Source: a virus. Taken from it: 64,000 nucleotides of DNA. The notes under the pieces were generated by a model, which was given only the letters and a program-made list of their open reading frames with translations, was not told the origin of the DNA and did no database searches. Location of the stretch: IMG/VR virus record IMGVR_UViG_3300014720_002669. The stretch is one strand, 5' to 3'. Positions 20,114 through 30,197 of the stretch are shown piece by piece; positions within the stretch are counted from its first letter, which is position 1; every line of letters starts with the position of its first letter. The position numbers and the translations under genes were made by a program.

Positions 20114-21649
20114 ATGCTGATAAACGACTTATTCAACAATAACAAACAAGGTGTGGCGGAAGGCAGGTTTGATGAACCACTAACAGGATGGCATATTGTT
20201 TATCGTAATTCAGGTAATCCAGTTCATGCTACTCCCAGTTTTGAAACCAAAGAGCAAGCACAAAAGTATCTAATGACACGAATGTTTGCCAATCACCAAG
20301 ATTACAAAGTAGTTCATACCGCAGGTGTAGGTGTGGCGGAAGGTGAAGTCATTCCATTCAAGAGGCCCCAGTCACAGACCGCAGTGTCTTGGCAAAAACT
20401 GCCCAAAGATGTATTGACCCTGGCAAATGATTGGTACTGGGCCGACTACGAAGGTGGTGGATCTGCTGCCATAATGGATCCCAAAGGGCTAGGCAGCGGA
20501 TTTGCAAATCAAAAAAAATATTTGGGTGCTCAACTGCAACAACGAGGATGGGCCATTGACTTTGATGACGAATTTGAAAATGTTGTATTGAAAAACAAGC
20601 AAGGTCAAACAATTTTGTTGCCCATTGAGGATGCACAGACTTTCTCGGGCTGGGCCACGGGCATCAATCTTGTCACAGAGCAAGGTATGGCAGAAGGCAA
20701 AGCCGATTACAACTTTGATATTGAGGATTTGAAACGCCTTGAGCAAATTAGAGATCTAGCAACACTAAAAGCACAAGCATTAGAATTGATCAGTAAACCC
20801 AGTGCCAAACCAATGAAACCAGAAAAAGTTGAATGGTTTAGAAATGCTCTGAATCGCATGGACAGTCCGTTAAAAGTCATAAAGTTAATGTATGATTTGT
20901 TGCTCAGTGGCGAAGGAAAAGCCGTGGTCGGATCCAGGTCATCAATGAACCCCAACACTTATCGTCAGAGGTTTGGTGAGCAAGGCATTGTGGAAAATCA
21001 AGATTGGATGAAAGATTTAGCAGCCAAGGCCGCTGCCATGTCCAAGCCTGGCACACCATATGTGCCACCAAAGCAAGACGCTGAAAAGGCACGTCGTGAT
21101 CTCACAGCACGATATCCCAACATTGATGAACTGGTCGCGGCTGCTGAAAAACGTCGTGATCCCTACTATCAATATGCCGAAGGCCCAGCCTACTATCGGG
21201 GCCGCGAAGCCGAACATGAATATCAACGACTGCGACAGATCCAACGTGTGATTCAAGGTTTGAACGAAATGAACTTTGGCGGTGTAGGCCAAACCACAGA
21301 TTCAGCCACTGGCGATATAACCACCAGTTTCAATCAAGGTCCGTTGTCTGTGTCGCAGACCAAAACGCCTGGCGGTTATACAAAACAAACTGATCAACAA
21401 GTCAACCTGGGCACAGCAACGCTGGGCGCACGAACGGTTGGACCCAACATTGGCGCAGGTCAGTTGGCTGGTACCACAACCAAGACTGCCACAAACAACA
21501 TTACCGGACAGGCCAAACAACAAGTCAAAGGAGTTGGCTTTGGTGGTGCCACAGGTGCCACAGTGGGCAAAAACTACGTTGATCAATACAGCGTAAATGA
21601 AAACGTGGCACGCATGCAATATCTGGCAGGTATTCGACCAGCCCGATAA
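20114..21649 (+). CDS. modular putative virion cargo protein with repeated (E/K)QG(V/M)AEG linkers
   Basis: KQGVAEG, GVGVAEG, EQGMAEG, EQGIVEN, GLNE, VNEN. Confidence 0.75.
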   Translation: MLINDLFNNNKQGVAEGRFDEPLTGWHIVYRNSGNPVHATPSFETKEQAQKYLMTRMFANHQDYKVVHTAGVGVAEGEVIPFKRPQSQTAVSWQKLPKDVLTLANDWYWADYEGGGSAAIMDPKGLGSGFANQKKYLGAQLQQRGWAIDFDDEFENVVLKNKQGQTILLPIEDAQTFSGWATGINLVTEQGMAEGKADYNFDIEDLKRLEQIRDLATLKAQALELISKPSAKPMKPEKVEWFRNALNRMDSPLKVIKLMYDLLLSGEGKAVVGSRSSMNPNTYRQRFGEQGIVENQDWMKDLAAKAAAMSKPGTPYVPPKQDAEKARRDLTARYPNIDELVAAAEKRRDPYYQYAEGPAYYRGREAEHEYQRLRQIQRVIQGLNEMNFGGVGQTTDSATGDITTSFNQGPLSVSQTKTPGGYTKQTDQQVNLGTATLGARTVGPNIGAGQLAGTTTKTATNNITGQAKQQVKGVGFGGATGATVGKNYVDQYSVNENVARMQYLAGIRPAR

Positions 21650-21654
21650 CCCAA

Positions 21655-21730
21655 CACACCTCCCTTAAGACCGTGTGGCCCGGCTGCTGGGCAAGCTGAA
21701 CGATTCGCTACCGTGATGCTTGAAGTGAGC
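21655..21730 (+). ncRNA. candidate structured RNA (three stems plus a pseudoknot)
   Basis: CACAC/GTGTG, GCCCGG/CTGGGC, CAAGC/GCTTG; loop TTCGCT can pair with downstream AGTGAG. Confidence 0.45.
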
Positions 21731-21740
21731 TAAATTCTAC

Positions 21741-22463
21741 ATGCAATCAACATTTACATTTGAAGATCTTTATACGTCGCCGGCCATTCCTATGGCTGTC
21801 AAGAACCAATCTTTTGTGTTTGATCAGGAGATTGTAAATTTTGATTATAATTCTTATGGTTATCGCACACACGAATTTGTCAATGTTGGAGAACACATTG
21901 CAATTTCTGGATGTAGTTTAACTGAAGGGCATGGATTACATCTACACCAAACCTGGGCCGCAAAATTTGAAAAGTCAACAAATACTCAGGTGTTCAATCT
22001 TGCCAAGGGAAGCAGTTCAGCAGAATTTGTAAGTCAGAATTTACAGAATTGGATTAGATCACATACTCCCAAATTTGTTGTGGCTCAGTGGCCAAATCCT
22101 TATAGAAGTTTGACTTGGAACAAGTCTTTTGCAAAGTTCAATGTGAACTCTGACCATGATGAAATTTATCGTATCAAACTTCGTAATGGTGATGAAAATT
22201 TTTACCATGGTTGGTGTAATAGCATTATAATACTAAATTATTTTTGCCAAAAACACAATATACCTATTGTCAACATGTGCCTTGAATCTTTTGACATGGT
22301 CAAACCAGCAATGCCAATTTTAGAAAAATTCAATATCGAATTGCACTATGATCAAAAAGTTCCCGGGAAGACATGGTTTTTTGACAGTGCGGCACTGGAC
22401 AAAAGTCATCGCAGTGAATTTTGTAATGAAAAATGGACAGAACGACTGCTCACTATCATCTAA
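21741..22463 (+). CDS. SGNH-like protein (paralog 2), AT-rich
   Basis: NSYGYR, SGCSLTEG, NLAKGSSS, DKSH. Confidence 0.65.
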   Translation: MQSTFTFEDLYTSPAIPMAVKNQSFVFDQEIVNFDYNSYGYRTHEFVNVGEHIAISGCSLTEGHGLHLHQTWAAKFEKSTNTQVFNLAKGSSSAEFVSQNLQNWIRSHTPKFVVAQWPNPYRSLTWNKSFAKFNVNSDHDEIYRIKLRNGDENFYHGWCNSIIILNYFCQKHNIPIVNMCLESFDMVKPAMPILEKFNIELHYDQKVPGKTWFFDSAALDKSHRSEFCNEKWTERLLTII

Positions 22464-22515
22464 TGATATTGCGATTGACAAAATCTGTGTTATACTTGTG
22501 CTTTAGGAGTACCAC

Positions 22516-22776
22516 ATGGAAAACAAAACATTCAATGGCGAACAGAAATTAAAACTCACTCAAATCATAAATGAAGGCATGGCCGTGATGCACGAGATTG
22601 ACACCCTGCAGGGCGGACTCACAGACACCATAAAGGCCATTGCAGAAGAATTGGAAATCAAACCTGCTGTGTTGAAAAAGGCCATTAAAGTAGCACACAA
22701 AGCCGAATTTGGCCGAGCCAAACAGGATCACGAGTTGTTGGAGACAATTCTTGAAACCGTGGGCAAGACACTATAA
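22516..22776 (+). CDS. DsbA/GapR-like dsDNA-binding protein
   Basis: 86-aa helical protein (IKAIAEELEIKPAVLKKAIKVAHK); AGGAG RBS. Confidence 0.6.
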   Translation: MENKTFNGEQKLKLTQIINEGMAVMHEIDTLQGGLTDTIKAIAEELEIKPAVLKKAIKVAHKAEFGRAKQDHELLETILETVGKTL

Positions 22777-22851
22777 ATATTGTTTTCAACAGCAACGAGT
22801 CGTTCACGTCACGAACATGTAGCAAGGCCGTCCGGCCACAAACGGAGACAA

Positions 22852-25512
22852 ATGAGTTACGTAGACGCACTATTTGATCGTGAGCACGATCGCATTCACG
22901 TGGTAGAACGCCGAGACGGTGTTCGCAGATACCAAGAGTATCCGGCCAATTATGTTTTTTACTACGACGACCCTAGAGGCAAATTTCAGAGCATCTACGG
23001 TACGCCTGTGTCAAGATTTTCAACACGCAACAACAAAGAATTTCGCAAGGAAGTTCGAGCACAAAGCGGTCGGCAGATATATGAATCGGACATAAATCCC
23101 ATATTCCGATGCTTTGAAGAGAACTACAAAGACCAAGACGCCCCCACACTGCACACAGCCTTTTTTGATATTGAAGTTGGGTTTGATGCGGTTCGTGGCT
23201 TTTCACCTGTGACAGATCCTTTCAATGCCATCACTGCCATATCGGTATATCTGAATTGGTTGGAGCAACTTGTGACCCTGGTTGTGGCACCACGCCACAT
23301 GAGTGAGGAGACTGCTTGTGAGATCTGTGCGGAATTTGAGAACACTGTGCTGTGCGAGTCGGAAACAGAAATGTTGAAGATGTTCCTGGATCTCATAGAT
23401 GATGCAGACATATTGAGTGGATGGAACTCGGAAGGCTATGACATACCATACACAGTGAATCGTATCACTCGAGTTCTCAGCAAAGACGACACCCGACGTT
23501 TTTGTTTGTGGGGGCAGTTTCCCAAGAAGCGTGTGTTTGAACGCTTTGGTGCTGAGAATGAAACCTATGACTTGGTGGGCCGTGTGCATATGGACTATAT
23601 GCAACTGTATCGCAAGTACACTTACGAAGAACGCCATTCATACAGCCTGGATGCCATTGCCGAGTACGAACTGGGCGAACGCAAAACACAGTTTGAAGGC
23701 ACCTTGGATCAGTTGTACAATCAACACTTTAAAACCTTTATTGAATATAACCGGCAAGATACCTTGTTGTTGGATAAGTTGGACAAAAAACTGCGATTCT
23801 TGGAACTGGCCAGCGAACTGGCACATGCCAACACAGTGCTGTTGGCCACCACAATGGGTGCTGTGGCAGTGACCGAACAGGCCATCATCAACGAAGCACA
23901 CGAACGTGGCATGGTAGTGCCCAACCGCCAACAGCGACTCACTGACGAGGACACACAGGCAGCGGGTGCTTATGTGGCATATCCACGCAAGGGCATACAC
24001 GAATGGATTGGATCGGTAGACATCAATTCATTGTATCCGTCAGCAATTCGTGCGTTGAACATGGGACCAGAAACCATCATAGGTCAACTGCGCCCCATAA
24101 TGACTGACCGGTACATCCGAGACAAAATGGCCAAAGGTGATTCATTTGCGGCTGCATGGGAAGGTGTGTTTGCCAGTCTAGAATACACAGCGGTCATGGA
24201 ACAGCAACGTGGCACAGAGATCACCATTGACTGGCAGAGTGGTGAGGAAACTGTACACTCAGGTGCTGAAATTTGGTACATGTTGTTTGACTCAAATCAA
24301 CCTTGGATCTTGAGTGCAAATGGTACTATATTTACTTATGAAAAGAAAGGCGTTATCCCAGGCTTGCTGGAACGCTGGTATGCTGAACGCAAAGAAATGC
24401 AGGTCAAAAAGAAGGAGGCCAAAGATGCCAAAGAAATCGCTTTCTGGGATAAACGACAGCTGGTTAAAAAGATTAACCTTAACAGTTTGTATGGTGCTAT
24501 TCTTAATCCTGGTTGTAGGTTTTTTGACAAGCGAATCGGCCAATCCACAACCCTTACTGGTCGAAGCATTGCCCGGCACATGGACGCATATTTGAATGAG
24601 TGTATCACAGGCGAATATGACCATGTGGGACAGGCAGTGATTTATGGTGACACAGACTCATGCTACTTCTCAGCATGGCCTGTGCTCAAACAAGAAGTTG
24701 CAGAAGGCCGCATGGCCTGGTCAAAGGAAATTTGCATCCAGTTGTACGATTCAATTGCTGACCAAGTCAATGACTCATTCCCAGCATTCATGGAACGTGC
24801 GTTCCACTGCCCCAGGGACATGGGCAAATTGATCCGGTCCGGCCGTGAAACAGTGGCAGACCGTGGTTTGTTCATTACAAAGAAACGCTATGCAGTCAAC
24901 GCCATTGACATTGAAAACAAACGACTGGATGTCAACGGTGCAATTGGCAAGACCAAGGCCACTGGCCTGGATTTGAAACGATCAGACACCCCCCGAGTTA
25001 TTCAAGACTTCTTGTTGGAAATTCTAAATCGAGTGCTGTCTGGTGCTGAACGTGATGAAATCATCGAACGTGTGCGTGAGTTCAAGTATGAATTCAAAGA
25101 GCGACCAGGATGGGAAAAAGGCTCACCCAAGCGTGTGAACAACTTGACCAAGTACGGCCGGGAAGAAGAACGCCTGGGCAAAGCCAACATGCCCGGGCAT
25201 GTACGTGCGGCACTAAACTGGAATAACTTGCGAAGAATGAATTCAGATAACTACAGCATGCAGGTGGTTGATGGCATGAAGACCATTGTGTGCAAACTGC
25301 GAAGCAATGCCTTGGGTTGGACATCAATTGGTTATCCCACAGACGAAATGCACCTGCCACAGTGGTTCAAGGACTTGCCTTTTGATGACGCAGAAATGGA
25401 AGCCACTGTGGTGGATCAAAAGATTGACAACTTGTTGGGTGTGTTGGATTGGGATTTGGCCGCTGCCACCAACACAGAAAACACATTTACTGCACTATTT
25501 TCTTTTGAATGA
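22852..25512 (+). CDS. family B DNA polymerase (T4 gp43-like)
   Basis: Exo FFDIE, GWNSEGYD, YNRQD; pol DINSLYPS, KINLNSLYG, YGDTDS, KKRY; start set at MSYVD after GGAG. Confidence 0.95.
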   Translation: MSYVDALFDREHDRIHVVERRDGVRRYQEYPANYVFYYDDPRGKFQSIYGTPVSRFSTRNNKEFRKEVRAQSGRQIYESDINPIFRCFEENYKDQDAPTLHTAFFDIEVGFDAVRGFSPVTDPFNAITAISVYLNWLEQLVTLVVAPRHMSEETACEICAEFENTVLCESETEMLKMFLDLIDDADILSGWNSEGYDIPYTVNRITRVLSKDDTRRFCLWGQFPKKRVFERFGAENETYDLVGRVHMDYMQLYRKYTYEERHSYSLDAIAEYELGERKTQFEGTLDQLYNQHFKTFIEYNRQDTLLLDKLDKKLRFLELASELAHANTVLLATTMGAVAVTEQAIINEAHERGMVVPNRQQRLTDEDTQAAGAYVAYPRKGIHEWIGSVDINSLYPSAIRALNMGPETIIGQLRPIMTDRYIRDKMAKGDSFAAAWEGVFASLEYTAVMEQQRGTEITIDWQSGEETVHSGAEIWYMLFDSNQPWILSANGTIFTYEKKGVIPGLLERWYAERKEMQVKKKEAKDAKEIAFWDKRQLVKKINLNSLYGAILNPGCRFFDKRIGQSTTLTGRSIARHMDAYLNECITGEYDHVGQAVIYGDTDSCYFSAWPVLKQEVAEGRMAWSKEICIQLYDSIADQVNDSFPAFMERAFHCPRDMGKLIRSGRETVADRGLFITKKRYAVNAIDIENKRLDVNGAIGKTKATGLDLKRSDTPRVIQDFLLEILNRVLSGAERDEIIERVREFKYEFKERPGWEKGSPKRVNNLTKYGREEERLGKANMPGHVRAALNWNNLRRMNSDNYSMQVVDGMKTIVCKLRSNALGWTSIGYPTDEMHLPQWFKDLPFDDAEMEATVVDQKIDNLLGVLDWDLAAATNTENTFTALFSFE

Positions 25513-26450
25513 AACTCAGCGATTTAATATCTTATTTGAATCTTTTGGAACAGCCGGATTATACACCTGAGTATGGTCAGGCTGTTAGACAACTACAGTC
25601 GTTGAGTATGTCTGTTGCACGAGCTCATGTGCAACTTGATTCTTTCACGGCTGACATGGAATTCAATGTCAGTGCTGTGATCAATGCCTTTGACAATGTG
25701 CAGGCCACACTGGATGCACTCAAGGCACGACTGCGTGAACTAATAGCACAAAAAGAACCCAAACAATACAAGGCCAGCACAGTGTTGTACGAGCAAGGCA
25801 TGTTGAATGAATCTCCAGAGTACATTTTTGAACGTAAGCTGGGCATTGATGATCAAAGCAACATCTTGCTTCGTAGCAGGCTGCGCAACTACAGTGACTG
25901 GAGATTGCCCGGCATGATCATACGCCCAGGTCCAGAAACGTTCATTGAAGATTTGGTACCGTTGGATCCACTGTATCTGGTGGATCAACACCAAGCACTG
26001 TTGGACCCAGCCATCTCAGCATTTACTTTGGAATATCAAAGACGTCTACGTCCATATGTGATTGATGACCGAAGAGACGGCATGCCATTATGGCAGTTAC
26101 CCAATGAACAATTTGGAATGATTTTTGCCTATAATTATTTCAATTATCGGCCCATTGAAGTTGTAAAACGCTATCTTGCTGATGCGTATTCCAAACTGCG
26201 ACCCGGCGGCGTGTTTATATTCACGTTCAATGATTGTGATCGAGGACATGGAGCCGCACTCAGCGAAAAATTCTTCATGTGCTACACTCCGGGTCATGCT
26301 GTTGCTGCCGCAGCAGAACGTGAAGGCTACGAGATCATGAATCTACATCATGGGCATGGTGATTTGTCTTGGTTTGAACTGAAAAAACCTGGATCCATAA
26401 AAAGCATTCGCGGCGGGCAGAGCCTGGCCAAAATAGTTGCAACACAGTAA
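25509..26450 (+). CDS. class I SAM-methyltransferase-like protein
   Basis: C-terminal FAYNYF...LRPGGVFIFTF. Confidence 0.55.
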   Translation: MKLSDLISYLNLLEQPDYTPEYGQAVRQLQSLSMSVARAHVQLDSFTADMEFNVSAVINAFDNVQATLDALKARLRELIAQKEPKQYKASTVLYEQGMLNESPEYIFERKLGIDDQSNILLRSRLRNYSDWRLPGMIIRPGPETFIEDLVPLDPLYLVDQHQALLDPAISAFTLEYQRRLRPYVIDDRRDGMPLWQLPNEQFGMIFAYNYFNYRPIEVVKRYLADAYSKLRPGGVFIFTFNDCDRGHGAALSEKFFMCYTPGHAVAAAAEREGYEIMNLHHGHGDLSWFELKKPGSIKSIRGGQSLAKIVATQ

Positions 26451-26485
26451 AAAAATCTATATAATCACACAACATAGGAGTAAGC

Positions 26486-27208
26486 ATGAGAGATTATCTT
26501 AAAGACTTGGTAGAACACACACACGATCTTGGCTGCATTGACTTGATCAAAATCACTGGAGACGACAAAGGCACAGCTATTGTGGGTGTGGCAGAAGACT
26601 TGTCAGTGGTTTTAGAAGGTGAGTTTAAAAACCCACACGTAGATTTTATTGGCACATTTGGAATGCCCAATTTGAACAAACTAAAAATCTTGTTGAACTT
26701 GCAAGAGTACCGAGAGAATGCCAAACTCAAACTGACCAAAAAAGCCACAGGCGCACCTGATGGTATTGAGTTTGAAAATGCCACTGGAGACTTCCGCAAC
26801 ACCTATCGTTTCATGGCAGCAGAAATTGTGAACGACAAACTCAAAACCCCCAAGTTCAAAGGTGTGACCTGGCACATTGAATTCGAACCCACTGTGGCTG
26901 CTATTCAGCGACTGCGCATGCAAGCACAGGCCAATGCCGAAGAGCCCAACTTTCAAGCCCGGACCGAAAATGGCGACTTGAAGTTTTTCTTTGGTGATCA
27001 TTCAACACACGCTGGTAACTTTGTGTTCCACTCAGGTGTGAATGGTCAACTCAAACGTGCTTGGTCCTGGCCGGCTCAACAATTCATGGCCATCATGGCA
27101 TTGACTGGGGACAAAACTATTCGCATCTCAGATGATGGTGCTGCCAAGATCACCGTGGATTCGGGCGTGGCTGTTTACAACTACATTTTACCAGCACAAA
27201 GCAAGTGA
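26486..27208 (+). CDS. probable sliding clamp (gp45-like)
   Basis: 240 aa, near the polymerase, FGMPNLNKL, ends YNYILPA; inferred from size and context. Confidence 0.5.
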   Translation: MRDYLKDLVEHTHDLGCIDLIKITGDDKGTAIVGVAEDLSVVLEGEFKNPHVDFIGTFGMPNLNKLKILLNLQEYRENAKLKLTKKATGAPDGIEFENATGDFRNTYRFMAAEIVNDKLKTPKFKGVTWHIEFEPTVAAIQRLRMQAQANAEEPNFQARTENGDLKFFFGDHSTHAGNFVFHSGVNGQLKRAWSWPAQQFMAIMALTGDKTIRISDDGAAKITVDSGVAVYNYILPAQSK

Positions 27209-28821
27209 GCCAAGACAATTTAACTGCCAAACAAACTGGTCCAGATGGTCGCAGCCAATGGGCTGTGTTCCTTCCAGCAATCTCTGGTTTCTATGCCACG
27301 TTTGTGGGCAAGCAACGCAATGAGCACTACGTAGATCCTGCAAGGTTTCCGCAAGGGTTGACTGATATGGAACAGATTAACTGGCTTAATAGTCAGAAAG
27401 CATTGTTTCCATACCGGTGGTCATTGTATTCAGGCGGTCATGCCAACTTGGATTTGACCAAACAAGATTGGTCAGAAGACATGGTTCGCAATCGCGAGCC
27501 AGGCACGTTCATGCTGGGAGATTCTGGTGGATTTCAGATAGCCAAAGGCCTGTGGGAAGGCGACTGGCGGGCCAATTCAGGTTGTGCCAAAGCTGAAAAG
27601 AAACGCAGTAGTATTTTGAAGTGGCTGGACACAATCAGCGACTACGGCATGATCCTTGATATCCCTACCTGGGTTATTCATGACAAGAAAGCCAGCAATG
27701 CTTGCGGTATCAAGACACTGGAAGAAGCCGTTGATGCTACCAAGTTCAACAACGAATACTTCATGGCTCACCGTCGGGGCAAAAACAATGGCGGTGCCCG
27801 ATTCTTGAACGTGTTACAAGGTGACAATCACACATCGGCAGAAACATGGTATCAAACCATGAAGCAGTACTGTGACCCTGTGCAGTATCCAGACACACAC
27901 TTTGATGGCTGGGCTATGGGTGGTCAGAACATGTGTGATGTGCATTTGGTACTCAAGCGACTGATTGCACTGAAATATGATGGATTGTTACAAGAAGGCA
28001 CACATGACTGGATGCACTTTTTGGGTACAAGCAAGTTGGAATGGGCTGTGCTACTCACCGTGATTCAAAGGGCAGTTAGAAAATACGCTAATCCCGCATT
28101 TACGATCTCCTTTGATTGTGCCAGTCCATTCCTCGCTACTGCCAATGGACAGGTGTACTTTGCAAATGTGTTTGAACATGATAGCAAATGGTCGTATCGC
28201 ATGGCACCGTCAGCAGATGACAAGAAGTATGCCACAGACACACGCAAATGGTCGGCGGGTGTGGTAGCAGATGGTGTGTATGATCGTTGGGAAGATAGTC
28301 CAATCAGTGACATGCTCAAGATGAAAGATATTTGTATCTATCGAGCAGGTACGCCCAAACCAGGTGTTGTTCTTACAGAAGAAAACTTCAAAGACCCTGA
28401 CTTGTATGATGTGCTGCCAGATGTCAACAAGAATGGCAAGTGGGGCAAGACATCATGGGATTCGTTCTCATATGCACTGCTGATGGGCCATAATGTCTGG
28501 ATGCATTTGATCGCTGTGCAAGAAGCCAACAGACGCTTTGATGCAGGAGAACACCCTGCCATGATGCGCCGTAGTACAGGGGATTATGCCAAGTTTGAAG
28601 ACATTGTGGAAGCCATATTTGCCGCTCCCACACGTGAAGATTCAGAAGCCATCATTGAATACTATGATGACTACTGGATGGAGATTGTGGGCACCCGTGG
28701 ATTCAAAGGCAAGAAAGCCAAGAACGCACGTACACAATTCAATGCACTGTTTGAATACGAACAAACTGAACAAGAAGATTTTGATTCTAGTAAACTTGAC
28801 AAGTTGGAGACCACAACATGA
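27205..28821 (+). CDS. dpdA: TGT-fold transglycosylase, DpdA-like (inserts 7-deazaguanine into DNA)
   Basis: GDSGGFQI, MILDIP, VLQG, GWAMGG, HFLG, SFDCASP; clustered with folE/queD/queE. Confidence 0.75.
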   Translation: MSQDNLTAKQTGPDGRSQWAVFLPAISGFYATFVGKQRNEHYVDPARFPQGLTDMEQINWLNSQKALFPYRWSLYSGGHANLDLTKQDWSEDMVRNREPGTFMLGDSGGFQIAKGLWEGDWRANSGCAKAEKKRSSILKWLDTISDYGMILDIPTWVIHDKKASNACGIKTLEEAVDATKFNNEYFMAHRRGKNNGGARFLNVLQGDNHTSAETWYQTMKQYCDPVQYPDTHFDGWAMGGQNMCDVHLVLKRLIALKYDGLLQEGTHDWMHFLGTSKLEWAVLLTVIQRAVRKYANPAFTISFDCASPFLATANGQVYFANVFEHDSKWSYRMAPSADDKKYATDTRKWSAGVVADGVYDRWEDSPISDMLKMKDICIYRAGTPKPGVVLTEENFKDPDLYDVLPDVNKNGKWGKTSWDSFSYALLMGHNVWMHLIAVQEANRRFDAGEHPAMMRRSTGDYAKFEDIVEAIFAAPTREDSEAIIEYYDDYWMEIVGTRGFKGKKAKNARTQFNALFEYEQTEQEDFDSSKLDKLETTT

Positions 28822-29315
28822 ATAGAGCAGGACATGCAGAAGTTGATTTCTTTACAGGTACAGAAGTAGAACGCACTCCGGCATTTGGAAAAACTACATT
28901 GTTTGTGGTAGGGGTACAGTCCATCGATAACATTGCTGCCAAAATGGCAGGTTGTGAGCACATCTTCTTTGGTGCCAACCACAGTTTCGATCCCAAGTCG
29001 CCCGAAGAGTGGCGCAGGTGGGAAAGCATGATCACACCCTTTTTAGAAAGTGGTTATCTTTGTACACTGGACATTCCAATTGGGGCAGTGGAACAGTTCA
29101 ATGATGGCAGTTTATGTGAATACCGCAACTTCATTCCGCAGATTCGAGTAAGTGTACCGTATACACGACTGTGGAATTATAATACAATGTTAAAAATAGA
29201 TGACAAGGACTTTGACGCAACCAATCCCGGCGTCTGGTGCCACAGTCTACACAGCCTCATGAGCCGTGAGACATTTACTTCGTGGGATGATTACAAAGGG
29301 GATACACCACTATGA
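28818..29315 (+). CDS. hypothetical protein coupled to the dpdA-like gene
   Basis: ATGA overlap; GTEVE..AFGKTTLFV, FFGANHSF, KIDD..FDATNPGVW. Confidence 0.75.
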   Translation: MNRAGHAEVDFFTGTEVERTPAFGKTTLFVVGVQSIDNIAAKMAGCEHIFFGANHSFDPKSPEEWRRWESMITPFLESGYLCTLDIPIGAVEQFNDGSLCEYRNFIPQIRVSVPYTRLWNYNTMLKIDDKDFDATNPGVWCHSLHSLMSRETFTSWDDYKGDTPL

Positions 29316-29644
29316 AATGGTTAGACAATTGGATTTTACAGCGTGCCGAACGCATTAGAGAGCGTGAAAACGAAATCGTACCAGATCGTGTCCCTGCAGT
29401 TCCCAGCAACAGAAAATCCTCAAATCGAGGCGTCAGCATCAACGAAGACCGAGCCAGCATTGGCAGCAGTAAACACAGAATGATGTTTACCGTGTATCGT
29501 GCCAATGGCGGCATGATGGTAGAGTACAATCGATACGATGAACGCAAGGATCAACATCACTGCGAACTGCACATCATACACCCAGATCAAGACCTTGGCA
29601 CGGCCCTGGGCCAAATTGTAACCTTTGAAAGTTTGAAATCTTAA
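29312..29644 (+). CDS. hypothetical protein
   Basis: ORF in the operon. Confidence 0.7.
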   Translation: MKWLDNWILQRAERIRERENEIVPDRVPAVPSNRKSSNRGVSINEDRASIGSSKHRMMFTVYRANGGMMVEYNRYDERKDQHHCELHIIHPDQDLGTALGQIVTFESLKS

Positions 29645-29645
29645 A

Positions 29646-30197
29646 ATGGCAAAAATCAAACAAGTCAAGCATCTTGTGGGGCAGGTGGTGCCACCAAAGA
29701 CTCATGGCGCAGCCGGTCGAGCAATAGAAGAAATAATGGAAACACAAGGTTGGCCCATGGATCGTCATGGGCAAGGAGTTGACGTACCTGCATATGGATT
29801 CGAAGTAAAAAGTAGAGATTTAGATTCAACATCAGCTCAAAGCATAGGCAAGATGTTGCCCGAAGATATAAAAGTCACGCCATTTCCCAAATCTCCTATC
29901 TACGACAAAATACAACACCAGCTTAGAGTAAAAACTCAGGACCAAGTTATTGTCAGTGCCAACATGTATGACTTCAGCAATCCTTATATACAACAAAAGA
30001 TCGAAGAATCATATGAAGCAGCCAGGGCAAAGATTATTGCTGATGATGACAGCAATTACATATCTGGTGGGCCATTTGGATACTTTGAACGAACCAATCC
30101 CAAGACATCTAGATCATATGATTTTAGACTGACCGACGCCGCCATGCAAAAACTAGAAAACATGGCAACATCAACTTTTAAGGACTTATTCAAATGA
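29646..30197 (+). CDS. PD-(D/E)XK restriction-endonuclease-like protein
   Basis: GRAIEE...GVDVPAYGFEVKSR. Confidence 0.55.
   Translation: MAKIKQVKHLVGQVVPPKTHGAAGRAIEEIMETQGWPMDRHGQGVDVPAYGFEVKSRDLDSTSAQSIGKMLPEDIKVTPFPKSPIYDKIQHQLRVKTQDQVIVSANMYDFSNPYIQQKIEESYEAARAKIIADDDSNYISGGPFGYFERTNPKTSRSYDFRLTDAAMQKLENMATSTFKDLFK

Noticed and set aside
22852-25512. Intein or intron in the DNA polymerase
   Set aside because: Continuous ORF of normal length; no splice-junction or homing-endonuclease motifs recognised.
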